DNA of 64,000 bases from Heterodontus francisci (lineage: Eukaryota): contig NW_027141290.1 of assembly GCF_036365525.1 (NCBI RefSeq), positions 880,062-944,061 on the forward strand, written 5' to 3'. The notes below the pieces were generated by a model, which was not told where the DNA came from, ran no database searches, and was given only the letters and a program-made list of their open reading frames with translations. Position numbers and translations under genes: made by a program. Positions 1 through 13,039 of the stretch are shown here, one piece after another. Every line of letters starts with the position of its first letter. The stretch's first letter is position 1.

Positions 1-209
1 CCACCTACCTATACTCGGGGCAATTTATAATGGCCAATTAATCTATCAACGTGCAAGTCTTTGGCATGTGGGAGGAAACCGGAACACCCGGAAGAAACCC
101 ACGCAGACACAGGGAGAACATGCAAATTCCGCACAGGCAGTACCCAGAATCGAACTCGGGTCCCTGGAGCTGTGAGGCTGCGGTGCTAACCGCTGCGCCA
201 CTGTGCCGC
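1..209 (-). mobile_element. tRNA-derived V-SINE (HE1-like), cut by window edge
   Basis: The reverse complement has a tRNA-like head (GGCACAGTGGCGCAGCGGTTAGC...GAGTTCGATTC) followed by a V-domain-like GGGTTTCTTCCGGGTGTTCCGGTTTCCTCCCACA. Same family as the full copy at 51564-51919. Confidence 0.85.
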
Positions 210-242
210 ACGTGAGTTTTTTAAAATTTCAATACTGTCCAG

Positions 243-381
243 CAGAGACTGACCGAGTGTGTCCGACCCAAACCCGAACTGGACCCGAGCCCGAAAGCTG
301 GAGCCGCAAGCTGGGCCCGAGCCGAGGCGGACACATGTGCTCGGGTCCCGCTCGGGTTGGACTCGGGTATCCAGGCCTCTC
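243..381. mobile_element. short palindromic MITE-like element (hAT-like ACCCGA motifs)
   Basis: ACCCGA motifs in the left half and TCGGGT motifs in the right half form an imperfect inverted repeat. It is absent at the paralogous position near 28050. No clear TSD. Confidence 0.45.
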
Positions 382-479
382 GTGTACATTCCACACAGTT
401 CCCGACTCCCGCTGAACTTCCCGCTATTCAATGTTAATCTCTGAACACATCTGCAGACTCGCTCCCAAACCTGGTGTTG

Positions 480-975
480 CTGCTGGAAGCAGATGTTTGT
501 TCACTTACCCCGGGACCCGGATGCCTCCATTCGCAGCTGATTTAAACAATCTTCCGCTCACTCACTGAATGGGGGTTTCAATTACTAGAGGACACGAGTT
601 CAAAGTGAAAGGGGAAAAGTTTATTGGGGATATGCGTGGAAAGTTCTTTACGCAGAGGGTGGTGGGCACCTGGAACGCATTGCCAGCGGAGGTGGTAGAT
701 GCGGGCACGATGGAGTCTTTTAAGATGTATCTAGACAGATACATGAATGGGCAGGAAGAAAAGAGATACAGAACCTTAGAAAATAGGCGACATTTTTAGA
801 GAGAGGATCTGGATCGGCGCAGGCTTGGAGGGCCGAAGGGCCTGTTCCTGTGCTGTAATTATCTTTGTTCTTTGTTCTTTGACGCTCAGAGACAGTGTTG
901 GGGGAGCATGCGCTCTTCTCCTCATGAGGACGCCTCCAGTGGGCGGCGCTATACCGCGCGTGCGCAGATCTCTGC
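480..975 (-). promoter_or_regulatory. CpG-rich promoter/first-exon module (copy 1), interrupted by a CR1 fragment
   Basis: Minus-strand GCGGAAG (ETS-like) and donor GG|GTAAGT at 508-503, plus GCATGCGC and GGGCGG motifs at 906-946. Homologous to 13040-13420 and 27990-28335. Confidence 0.5.
570..881 (+). mobile_element. young CR1 LINE 3' fragment (5'-truncated)
   Basis: Almost identical to 46140-46453 (GVSITRGHEFKVKGEKF...RRHF) and ends in a (TTGTTCT)n tail. The paralogous site near 28240 is empty. Confidence 0.93.
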
Positions 976-2529
976 AACGAAAATAAATGGGAACTTTCCC
1001 CATTTCACCCTCATCAATGTGTGAACAATGAAACTGAACATGGGGTTAGGGTGGAGGGAGGGTGGGGAGGGGTGGAGGGAATCTATAACCTAGAAAGCCG
1101 GGAGTTGATCCTATTTAGATGTTCAAATTGCCGTCTCTCCCTGCAGGGTGTTTGTTATTATTGAGACCCTCCTCTCAAAACAATCCGACAGAAACATGGG
1201 AGGAAGGAGGAAGCCGGTGTGTTTGCTGGGACCTTGTAGAATTCATTTCAGCCAGCAAAGGTTTGTCTAACTGGAGTGAAACCCGCGGTCAATGTGAGTA
1301 ATACCGAATGGCGATCTTCATCGTTTCATTCTAAACAAGAGAGACACGGAGCTGCCGCAATTATACCGGACACACAAACACAGTGACAATGGAGACCGTC
1401 CCAGAGTTTCAGCTCCCGGTTGTTAAATGTCCTCATGTACACAGTCTTTGCTGTGAATTTTCAGGGCTCAGCTGCCGATTTCTACTCCTGTATCCCTGAA
1501 GCACTCGGAACCAGGAGATCCTCGAACTCCCTATTGAAAGATTTATGGACAGGCATTTTTCCAGCCTTTGGTCCAGTCGATCATAACCTGCTGTTCAATC
1601 ATAGTATTATTCAAACAATTAATGTGAAAATCTGTTCACCACTCAGGCCTTGAACTCGGTTTGAGGAGATCAACTGCTAAAAGACTCAGCATCTTTCCAG
1701 ATATAGCAGCCAGAGCTGGATAGAGGGACTCAGGGTTTAATCTTGCACACACACAACAGAAGGAGTGACAGTCACACAGGGATGGGAAGTGATATCGTTT
1801 CTGTCGCCTGCTCACCCAACAGGCAGAGTTAGAGACTGATTAAACATCCAACCCACTGCAATTCAGTACAATGGAGGAATACAAAGGCTCTTCCACTCCA
1901 TCCTTCCCTCCCGTACACTCGGCAGATTGACAGCACAAGGCCTTTCAGGTATCATTTCCGTGAACAAGAGTTTCACTCCCATGATATTAAACAGAGAGTA
2001 TCAGATGTCTATTTTTCATCCTGGAAATACTCGGACTCACTCTGACACTTCTACCAGATTGTTTTGGCCAAATGAGGAGCCGCCCCTGCACCCGCTCTCC
2101 TGCCTTATTCAGACAACCTTCCAGTCTCAGCGTCACACACGTTACCAATAATTTGCTTTTGATCAATATGACGCAAAGATTGTTTGCAGCGCCAATCACT
2201 TAAATAATATTGCCAGTGATTTATACAAATATCCCATATTCTCGACATCACCATGATTCCAACCAGGCAGAATAGTGAGAGTGCAGGGAAAAAAAAATGT
2301 TTGCAAGAGATTATAAGAAAATATTAATGAGTAACAGTAGAGAGAAACAAAAATCACTGATAAATATACAAAAATGTAAAATGATAGTGCAAGAAATTGC
2401 GGAGCTTTTAGGGATAAAGAACGGAAATCTCCTTGTGTTGGAAAAGGTAATGAATGAGAGTGTTATATGTCTGTTCACAAAAGCAAGGATGAAGTTAATG
2501 TTCCAGTAGAGGAGAGGTACAGAGATATT

Positions 2530-3200
2530 GGACAGAATGAAAATAGACAGAAAGGAGGTTCTCAATAGATTGGGATCACTTCACGTTAATGACTCCAGAT
2601 AGAAAACATCCAGATTGCTGGGGGAGATAACAGAAATCCTGACGATAATGTTTGGATATTGAAGTAGTTCCAGTTGCCTGAAACAGTGCAAATGTTACAG
2701 TCCTGTTCTAGAAATGGGAAGGATAAAGCTGGTGACGACAGTCCATCAGTGGTCGAAAACAATTGGAGACAAGTGTCAAGGATCAAATGAACTTCAACTT
2801 GAAGAATGATGAGTTAATAAGGGACAAGCAGTACCGATTTGCTAAGGACAAATCATGTGCGACTAACCTGATTGAATTCTTGGGGTTGACTTTGCTGAAG
2901 TTAGTCGGATCGATATTGGATATCTGCTTTTTAAAAGGCATTCGATCAAGTAGTACATAACAGAGTTACACAGAAAATAGAAGTTCATGTTAAAAATTGA
3001 TACTGGTCTCCTGAGATGGTAGTTGGCTAAAGGATAGGAGACAGAGTGTCGTAGTGAACTGATGTCTTTTTAATGTGAAGAAGTATGCAGTCGGTGACAC
3101 AGAAATCTTTATAAACAACATTGCTTTCAAAGGACCATAATTTGGAAGTTTGAGGAGGACAAAATACATAGCAATGTTTGTAAATAGTAAAGAGCTGTAA
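2530..3200 (+). mobile_element. degraded CR1 RT fragment
   Basis: Translation LIRDKQYRFAKDKSCATNLIEF matches the CR1 QHGF...SCLTNLIEFF motif. AAGTTTGAGGAGGAC is a decayed KFADD. Confidence 0.75.
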
Positions 3201-3654
3201 GTTTCAGGTAGATTTTACCTGAACAGAGGTGAGACAGAGAATACCCAGCCTGTCTCACCTTGAGATTCCGGACCGAGATGGACCAACAAGGTATAGAGTC
3301 AAGTTCTGTGATCAAGTCAGAGAGTTTATTGGGCTTAACTAAGATGCACAAAGTTAATCCTTAGCAACAGCAATAAGTATACAGTAACACTCAGTACTGG
3401 TTCTTGCTTATGAGCTTGCTGGGACATGGACTTCTCTCCTTCTTCTTCTCTTGCTGTGTTGACCATAGTCTATCTTCTCCTTCTAAGTGTGCCAACAATG
3501 CTCTGTTCATCCCTTGCTAAGTGATGACATCCCCTATCACCCTTTATTTTACCATATTAGGTTCTGATTTGTTCCGATTATCCTAATTGGTTTAATCTAC
3601 ACACTTTACAGATGCTTCCTGTGTCTTTCACTTTTAGCAAGTATCCTTGTGTTC

Positions 3655-4075
3655 CTGGTTCGAGTCTCTCTCATCAGGGTAAACATCCTCTCAGTATCCA
3701 CCCGGCCAAGTGCTCTCAAGATCTTATGGATTTCAATAAGATCACTTCTCATTCTCCTTAACTCCATTGGATACAGGACAACCTGTCCAACCATTTCCCA
3801 GAAGATAACCCCTTCATTCCAGCGATCAGTCGAGTCAACCTTCTCTGAACTGCTTCTAATGCAATTTCTGTGCTTTCATCAGTAAGGAGACCAAAACTGT
3901 ACATAGTATTACAGATACAGTCTCACCAATACCCTGGACAACTGTAGCAAATCTTCCTTACTTTAATAGTCCATTCCCCTTGCAATAACTGACATCATTC
4001 CATTTGTCTTCCTAAACTCATGTTGCACGTGCATACTAACTTTTTGTGATTCATGCACCAGGATACCCAACTCTG
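3655..4075 (-). mobile_element. CR1 3' region fragment
   Basis: Minus-strand ORF LRRMRSDLIEIHKILRALGRVDTERMF matches the CR1 RRLRGDLIEVYKI motif. Confidence 0.8.
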
Positions 4076-4406
4076 TCGCGTTGTTTTACTGTCTGTTTCT
4101 TTTCCATGTTGACTCAGCACATCAGGAATGAAACGGCTGCAAATGATAATGTATTCGTGAGGGCCGATTCAAACCGAGTTGGAAGACAGTGGGGGATGTA
4201 GGACGAAATAAATGAAGCTGCAAGGAGTCAGATTTCATAATTCTTCCCGCCAAATTAGTTTTTTTTTTAAATCTTTGCCTTGTTTTGCTATCTGAAATTG
4301 GCGGGCTTTTTGAGTTCGATTACATTTCAGTTGCAGTTCAACCAATCAGGGCACAGCATTTCCCGCCGCCCTTTTATTTCGCAGAGCTGGTTTCAAACTT
4401 GACTGA

Positions 4407-5150
<744 letters not shown>

Positions 5151-6789
5151 TGCATATCACGTTAATCGATCATATAGCCTTACGACAGGGATGTAAAAAT
5201 ATCCCCCATATTGTATTATTTCACATTTTCTCACAAGTTCCAGATTCGCTTTTCCAATCCGACATCTATTCGGATTCATTCTCTGTCCTGTTTTAAAACA
5301 ATCTGTAACCGGCAGGAAAAAAGTCTCATTCACAACATTCTGTAACCGGATACATTTCAGATCAATGTTAAAAAAACGGATCTCGCATTATAAATTGGTA
5401 CGATTCGTGGGAGACAAAAGAGGAGTGTAGATTTTCAGTGTGAGGTGTTAAAGAGTGAGACTGAGGGTTCCGACACAACCGGGGTTTCTAAATAATGTAC
5501 TTATTAATTATTGAAACTAAACTTATGGAAGTCTGTGCCTTTCTCTTTGTTAGTGTCCGAAATGTGAATTTGGAGTTTAATCTGTACCTGTCAGTTTCTG
5601 CTATGGAAGGTTGTTTGATTTTGCCTCTGTACTTGTTAGTCAGTAATATGTTTGTGTAGCTTCACACTGCACATGTTAATTGATGGTAGGTGAGTCTGGT
5701 TTTCACTCGACATGTCAGTCTCTGGTTTGGAAGCCTCGACTGTATTCTGTACCTATCAGACTTCGACATATGAGGGTATGTTTTAACCTGTTCCTGCCAA
5801 TCTGTTTTATGTCAGTACTGTTTATTATCTGTATCTGTAAGTTTCTGATGAATGAATGTGGACTGTATCATATCCCTGTCAGTGATCATTAAGAGTTATT
5901 TTACACTGTAACTGCCAGTATCTGATATGTGAGTGTGGGTTGTGATCTGCATCTGCCTGTTTCTGGTATGTGACATGAGCATTGTTTTTACACTGTGTGT
6001 GTTAGCCTCACGTGTCAGAAGCTGGGTTTAATTGTACATCTCACTTTCTGCTGCATGATTGTGGAATTTCATCTGTAAATTTATTTTCTGATATGGGCGT
6101 GTGAATTTTATTCTGTGTGCCAATTTCTGGTATGTGATTGTGTGTTCTTTCTGTTCCTGTCAGTTTCTGACATGTGAATATGCATTTTCCTCTGTTCTGG
6201 TCAGTTACTGCAATGAAAGGCGCTCCTTTATTCTGTGCCTCTCAGTTTCTGGTCTGGAAGAAAGATTTTTATTCTTTACCTTTTGTATTCTGACAAGTGA
6301 ATGTGAGATCACCCTGTATCTGTCAGTTTGTGACATGTTACTGTGTCTTTTACTCTTCACCTGTCAGTTTCTGATATGTGAATGTGGATTTTATTCTGTA
6401 TCTGTCAGTTACTACAAAGCAAGTATGTATTTTATTCCGTACCTGTTTGTTTCCTGTAATTGATCGGAGCTTTTACTCTATATCTGTCAGTCTCTGGAAT
6501 GTGAATGTTGCTATTACTCTGTGTCTGTCTGCGTCAGATTTGTCAGCAAGTGTTTTAATTTCCTTTTCTGTTCCTGACACAAGAATGTGGATTTTACGAT
6601 GCATCTCTCAGTTACTGGTATGTGATTGTGGGTTTTATTCTGTGTCCACTAGCCTATGATTAGTGATTGTGGCTTGTGTCCTAGGCCTGTCACTATCTTG
6701 TTTCATATGCCCATTATTCTGTGCATGTTACTTTATGGGAAATGACTGCAGGATTTACACTTTTCCTGCCATATTACTACTATTGCTTC

Positions 6790-7365
6790 CAGAGCTGGTC
6801 AGAAGCCGGAAACTCTGTGGTTAGTAACTCACGTCCAAACTCCTTAAATACTTTCCACCACTGACAAGCCACAAGTCAGAAGTCTGATGGATTACTCCCC
6901 ACTTGCCTGGATGTATGCACCTCTAACAATACTCAAGAAACCCTATACCATCCAGGACAAAGCAGTAGGCTTGATTGGCTTACCATTCACCAGATTAACC
7001 ATTTACTCCCTCCACCACCAGTGCACAGTGTGTACCATCTACAAGACGTACTGCATCAACCAGAGGAAGCACCATGAAACCCACGGCATCTGCTACCAAG
7101 TAGAACATGGGCAGGAAACGTATGAGAACATGACCACCTGCAATTTCATCACCAGTTCATATGTCATCCTGGCTTGAAAAAATAACACCACTCCTGCATC
7201 ATCACTCAGTCCAAATTCTGCAACTCCCTACCGAACACCACTTTGGGTGTACCTACACTACAAAGACTGGAGGGAGCAAGAAAGCCACAAGACACCATGT
7301 TCTAAACGGCAATGAGGGATGGACAACTATTACTGGCCTTCCTCGAGATACTCACATCCCATAAA
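6790..7365 (+). mobile_element. non-LTR LINE 3' fragment (clade unresolved) inserted in satellite
   Basis: MDYSPLAWMYAPLTILKKPYTIQDKAVGLIG resembles the post-RT region of CR1/L2-group LINEs. Mirrored at 63148-63735. Confidence 0.7.
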
Positions 7366-7882
7366 CATACACTACAAATAATCAGAAAGGTGTGTATATG
7401 AATAACATTCGTTCTGTGTCTGTTCATCACTGGTACAGTATGAGTGTGGAAGTCATCCTCCATCTGTCAGTCTGAAAGACAGGATCTGTTTGTTTATCTT
7501 TAAAAAACAATGAAGGAACTCTTACACATCTAGATCTGTCCAACTATCTGTCCCTCTTTGTATGGTATGAGAGTGAGGGATTTATTCTTTATCTCAGAAT
7601 GTGGAATGTGACTGTGGGTTTTTCTCTGTATCTGTCAATTACTGATAAACACATATGGGCTTTCCACTGTCCCTGCCAACTTCTGATGTGAGTTTGGGTT
7701 TTATTATGTATCTATCAGCTTCTGGTATGTAAGTGTTGGTTTTGTAATGTACCTGTCAGTTTCTGCTGGAGTGAACAGTGGTTTTGGTTTGAATGTCTCA
7801 CTATCTGTTATGTGAGAATGAGCATTGTTTTGTACTTGTAAATTTCTGGAATAGCAGAAAGCTCTTTACATTGAACATAATA

Positions 7883-8089
7883 CAAAGCAAAATACTGTGA
7901 ATGCTGGAAATTAAAAAACAGAAAATGCTGTAAACACTCAGCAGGCTGCCAACATCTGTGGAGACAGAAACAGAGTTAACCTTTCAAGTCAATGGTCGTT
8001 CATCATTGATCTGAAATGTTAACTGTCTCCCTCTCTCCACAGGTGCTGCCAGACTTACAGAGTATTTCCAGCATTTTCTGCTTTCATTT
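7883..8089. mobile_element. Penelope-like terminal repeat pair in inverted orientation
   Basis: AAAGCAAAATACTG...GAGTTAAC followed by its reverse complement GTTAACTG...CCAGCATTTTCTG. Same family as 28376, 30750 and 31600. Confidence 0.65.
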
Positions 8090-11000
8090 ACACTGTACCT
8101 TCTTTATTCTGCCGAGTGAATGCGGGATCACTCTTCACCCTTTCATTTCTGATATCGGAATGTGGGTTTCACCCAGCATGTTGTCATTTACTGCAAAGCA
8201 AATATCTGTTTTATTCTGTACCTTTTTGTTTGTGGTAATTGATTGTGGATTTTAAATTGCATCTGTCAGTCTCTGTAATGTGAAAGCTGCCACTACTCTG
8301 TACTTGTCTGTGCATGATTTGTGAGTATATGTTTTACTTTCCCTGTCTGTTTCTGGCATGTGAATGTGGATTTTACCATGTCCCTCTGAGTTACTTTATG
8401 TGTATATGGGTTTTATTCTGTTTCTGCATGTCTCTGGTGAGTGTTACGTATTCCCTGTACCTATCAATATCACACTTGTCAGTATGGCCATTATTCTGTA
8501 CTTGTTGCTTTATGGTAGTGCTTTTCCTGTCAATCTCTGATATGCTACTATACATTTTATTCTGTACTTGTCAGATTCTGCGATGTGATATTGGCTTTTT
8601 TCTGTCTGTCTGTGTCTGGTATGTCATTATCAGTTTTACTGTGCACCTATTAGCTTCTGGTATTTGAGTAGGAGGTTCACATTGCATATTTCAATTTGTT
8701 CTGTGAATCTGCTTCGACCTTGAACGGACAGTTTCTATTCTGTGACTGTACTTTTAAAGGGTGATTGTTAATTTCTGCGGAATAGGTGTTCATTTTACTC
8801 TGTGCATGTCAATCTCTGCAATGGGAATTTGTGATTTATGCTGAATCTGCCATTTGTTTATCTTGATGGTGTGCTTAATTCTGTTCCTGTCAGTCTCTGT
8901 TAAAACTGTATTTTTTTCTGAATATTTGTCAGTCTCTGAAGTGTGAGTGTGGGATTTCCATTGTACCTGTAAGTTTCTAGTGTGAATGAGAGGTTTTTAA
9001 TTCTGTACATGGCAATTCCTGATAAACGAGCATGGGTTTTACTCTGTAACCCTCAGACTCTGGTCTTTGAGTTTGTGTCTTTCTTTCTTCTTGTTACCTG
9101 TCTGTTTCTGAAAAGTTGGTTTGAATTTTACTGTGCACCAGTTTCATTCTGATCGCCATTTGTGGGGTTTACTCTGCACCTCGCACTTTCTTATTGATTG
9201 AGTTTTATATCTGTACCAGTCAGTCTCTGGTATGTGCATCAAGATTTTACTCTACCTCAGTCTAACTCAGAATACTGAGTGCTGGTTTTTATCTGGTTTC
9301 GTTGTATTTTTCAGTATGGAACTGTACTTGTCACTTTCTGGTATGTGTGTATAGCTTTTATTTCATGGCTATCAGTTTCTGTTGTGTTTTTCTGTATTGG
9401 GTGCGGGGGGAGGGGGTGGGGGGTGGCACGGGGGTTTGCTTCATGCCTGTCAGTTTCTGGTATGTTAGTGCAGTTTTATTCTTTTATCGTGGGTGAGTGT
9501 TTTTTTTCACTTCTTTTGCTGCATTATTCAGTTTCTTGGATACGGGTGCAAGTTTCACTCTTTCTCTCTCAAGCCCCAGTCTGCATTTTATCTCTGTCAG
9601 TTTCTGATTTTGAGTGTGGGTTTATCTGTATCTGTCACTTTGTTTCATGTGAGAAACATCTTATTCTGTATCTTTCAGTTTCTGATGTTTGTTTGTGTGT
9701 CTTGAACTTGTGCCCCTCAGTTTATTGCATGTGAATGTGGGTTTGACTGTTAATCTAACACTTTCTTGCTTTGAGTGGTGTTCACTCTTTATCTTTGATT
9801 GTCCGGTTTGTAAATTTAAGTTTTAACCTGTGCATTTAAATTTCTAATGTGCAGGTATGATTTTTAACCTGTCTATGTCACGGTCTGGTATACAAGTACG
9901 TTTTTCAGTCTGGCTTTTGAGTCTGGATTGCACACCACATCTCTGCATTCTCTAGAATGTGAGTGCGATTTTTAATCTGTACATGGCAATTTCTGACATG
10001 TGCCTGTGAGGTTTACTTTGTACATTTCATTCTCTGGTCTGTGACTGCTGAATTTATTCTGCATCTGTCAGTTTATGTTATGTGAGTGTGTTGCAGTCTG
10101 TATCTGTCAGTATCTGGTTTATAAATCTTCTTAATGATGTGTGTGTTTTATTCTGTATCTGTCAGAGTGTGAAGTGCAAGTGTTGGGTTTTCTTTGTGTC
10201 TGTCAGTTATGGATGAGAGATATTCACTCTCTGACAGTAAATGTCTTGGAATTCACTGTGGATTTCACTCTGTGTCTGTCAGTCTCTGGTAGTTGAGTGT
10301 GGCTTTTATACTGCATTTGCTATTTTCTGATATGTAAATGTTGATTTTAATCTTTACCTGTTAGTTTCTAGTATGCGAGTCTGGGTGTCAAACTTATCTG
10401 TCAGTTTCTCATATGTGAGGGAGGCAGTTATCCTGCACCTGTTACTTTCCGAAATGTGTGAAGGTTTTTATCTTTCCCTGTCAGTTTCTGGAATGTGATT
10501 GTGGCCTTTGTTCTGTCCCTATCTGTTTCTGTGAATGGAATGTGGGTTCTGTTCCCGTCAGTTTCTGGTATGTGATTGTGGGTTTGTTCTGTATCTTTCA
10601 ATCTTTGGAATTTGATGATGTACTTTCTGCAGCACCTTTTAGCTTCTGTTAAGTGAATGAGAGGTTAAATCTGCACCTGTCCATTGATAGTATATGAATG
10701 TTTATTTTACTCTGTACCTGTCAGTTTATGGAACATGAAGGTGTTCCCGCCCCAACCTGCCAACTTCCAATATGTGATTGTTGTTTTATTCTATACCTGC
10801 CATTTTCTGTATATAATTCTGTTTTTTGATCTTTACCTGTCAGTTTCTGTTACTTGAGTGATTTTTACTTTGTACCAGTTGGTTTCTGGTATGTGTCCCT
10901 TTTAAGCTGTACCTGTAAAGTTAAGATATAACAGTGTGGGTTTATTCTGTATCTTTCAAACTCTAGTGTGAGATGGAGCTTTTCTCTGAATCTTTCTATT

Positions 11001-11414
11001 TTTGGTCTGTGTGTTTTAATCTGCAGCGTAGAGTCCCTGACAGGTGTGTGTGCACATTTTCTTTTGATCTGCAGCTATCAACGTCTACTACACAATTATG
11101 TGTGTTATTCCTATCATTCAATTTCTCTTATTGGAGAATTGATTTTCCTTTGTCCCTCTCAGTCTCTGGTATGTGTCCACGTGTTTTACGTGGTAAGTGT
11201 CTGTCTCTGTTAGGTGACTCTGGTGTTATTCTCTATCTGACAGTCTCTTGCATGTGAGTGGTTTTATTTTCTTCTCTGTAGCTGTCAGTCTCCCTTCTGT
11301 GACCGGAGGTTTTAATCTTTACTTTAACTCTTTTATAATTTGTAAATGTGAATTTCACTCTGTGTCTGTCTGTTTACAGTATAGGAATGTGTTTATTTTC
11401 TTTTAATCATCAAT

Positions 11415-11918
11415 TTCATAAAATCATCGAACGCTTAAGGCACGGAAAGAGGCCGCTTCTTCTAATCCCACCTTCCAGGAATGGTCGTGGACCCTGCAGC
11501 TTATGGCACTTGAGGTGCCTTGCCAGAGTACTTCTGAATCAATTGAGGGTCCCTGCCTCAACTATCCTTTCAGGCAGTGAGTTCCAGACCCCTAACACCC
11601 TCTGAGTGATTTTCTTTCCCTCATCTCCCCTCTAATTTTTCTCCCAATCACTTTAAATCTCTGGCCTTCGTCACTGACCTCTTTGTTAAGATGAATAGAC
11701 CCTTCACCTCCACTCTGTCCAGGTCCATCAAAATTCGATACATTTCAATCAGCTCTCCCCTCAGCCTTCACTGTTCCAAAGAGAATAATCCCAGCCTATC
11801 CAATCTTTCCTCACAGCTGCATTTTTCCAGCCCTGGCATCATCCAAATAAATATCCTCTTTACCCTCTCTCGTGCAGTTACATCATTTCTGTAATGAGGT
11901 GACCAGAGCTGCACACAG
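11415..11918 (-). mobile_element. CR1 3' fragment
   Basis: The minus strand has CAGCTCTGGTCACCTCATTAC (QFWSPHY-like) and AGGCTGAGGGGAGAGCTGATTGAAATG (RLRGDLIE-like). Mirrored at 58087-58590. Confidence 0.8.
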
Positions 11919-12001
11919 TTTCAGGTATGTGAGGGTGAGATTCACTCTCTATCTTACTGTCTCCAGGATGTGTCCCTCTTGTGAGATTGATATCGTGCCT
12001 T

Positions 12002-12580
12002 TCAATCTGACCGTGTGTGTGCTTTTGAACTGAGATTGATGTACCTAACATTCAGCAGTACAGAATTGGAATGGATAGGACACAATGTCTGTCTCTTCTG
12101 TTTTGTTTGATTGCTGGATTGAAAATGTGTCTCTGAACTTGGGATCAGTGAGAGTTTGACTACTTCTGCTCCATGTGACTCTGGAATTAACAGATGGCTT
12201 CTGGGAGTAATAACAAACCTACTCTGTGTTGCAAGGAGCTGACTGCACATTTCCTTGTGCCTGGGAAGCATCACATTCATTCTGTTCCCTTGAAGGATTT
12301 GCCGACAGAAAGGAAGAACAATATATCTTGTAACTGAAGATCAGTGGAGGTGGAAGCTAGAAAAGAGATTAATGTAACATTTCAATTAATAATCATTATG
12401 AATAACCACAAATACTCACCAGAAATACAAAGAATGTCAGTGTCTGATTTCACTGCAGATCTCAGCATCTGCTGACCAGGTGTTTTGGCCGATTTACAAC
12501 AATTTAGTGACATCCAGAAACAAGCCAACATCTGCACTGCTCCAAGATTGCGAATAACTGAGTGATGTTTGTGCAGATCA
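12002..12580 (-). other. putative exons of a non-coding or unknown transcript
   Basis: Donor TG|GTGAGT at 12419. Segment 12002-12310 is homologous to 23955-24330, which has a consensus acceptor. A 92-aa ORF with no recognisable domain is open in both arms. Confidence 0.4.
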
Positions 12581-12606
12581 GGTTTCTATTTCCATCTGAC
12601 ATTATA

Positions 12607-12920
12607 ACATAAGAACCTAAGAAGTAGGAGCAGGAATAGGCCATTCAGCCTCTCGAGTCTGATCCGCCATTCAATAAGATCATGGCTGATCTGATCCTGG
12701 CTTCAGCTCCATTATCCTGCCTGCTCCCAGAACACATTACTCCCATGGAGATCAAAAGTTTAACTCATCCTTGAATATATTTAACAACCCAGCCTCCAGT
12801 GCTCTCTGAGGTAGAGAATCCCAAAGATGACTGACGCTTTGAGAGAAGAAATTCCTCCTTACCTCCGTCTAAAATGGGAGACTCCTTATTCTGAAACTGT
12901 GCAGCCTGGATCTTGATTCC
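12607..12920 (-). mobile_element. CR1 3' UTR fragment
   Basis: ACATAAGAACCTAAGAAGTAGGAGCAGGAATAGGCCATTCAGCC is the reverse complement of a CR1 3' hairpin and tail. Confidence 0.75.
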
Positions 12921-13039
12921 ACTATTCACTGCACACTCACAGTAAACAGCGTGAAACAGGAGTTAAACCACCAACATGTATTACAGAACTGAGGCGAGAA
13001 ACAGCAAAGATTTTCAACAGCAGCTTATTCACGTTCTGT

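Larger units (their letters stand above)
400..3640 (+). repeat. older direct segmental paralog of about 28060-32400
   Basis: Colinear similarity, e.g. 1000-1900 vs 28510-29420, 1995-2290 vs 30275-30565, and 3100-3610 vs 31770-32380. The ORF MFKLPSLPAGCLLLLRPSSQ recurs at 28632. Confidence 0.9.
5540..11400 (+). repeat. ancient degenerate 41-bp satellite array (roughly 120 units)
   Basis: Recurrent TTTTA(C/T)TCTGTACCTGTCAGTTTCTGGTATGTGA(A/G)TGTGG. A 41-bp period is visible at 10635/10676/10717. Same consensus as 39930-40770. Confidence 0.88.

Noticed and set aside
5680-11257. Many Cys/Phe/Leu/Val-rich ORFs on the plus strand (mirrored at 58662-62474)
   Set aside because: They are by-products of the T/G-rich degenerate 41-bp satellite. 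The period is not a multiple of 3, frames overlap, and no domain is recognisable.
12002-12280. 92-aa ORF open in both arms as a protein-coding gene
   Set aside because: There are 12 amino-acid differences between arms at low DNA divergence, and the paralog near 24290 has an early stop and frameshift. This is consistent with neutral sequence.
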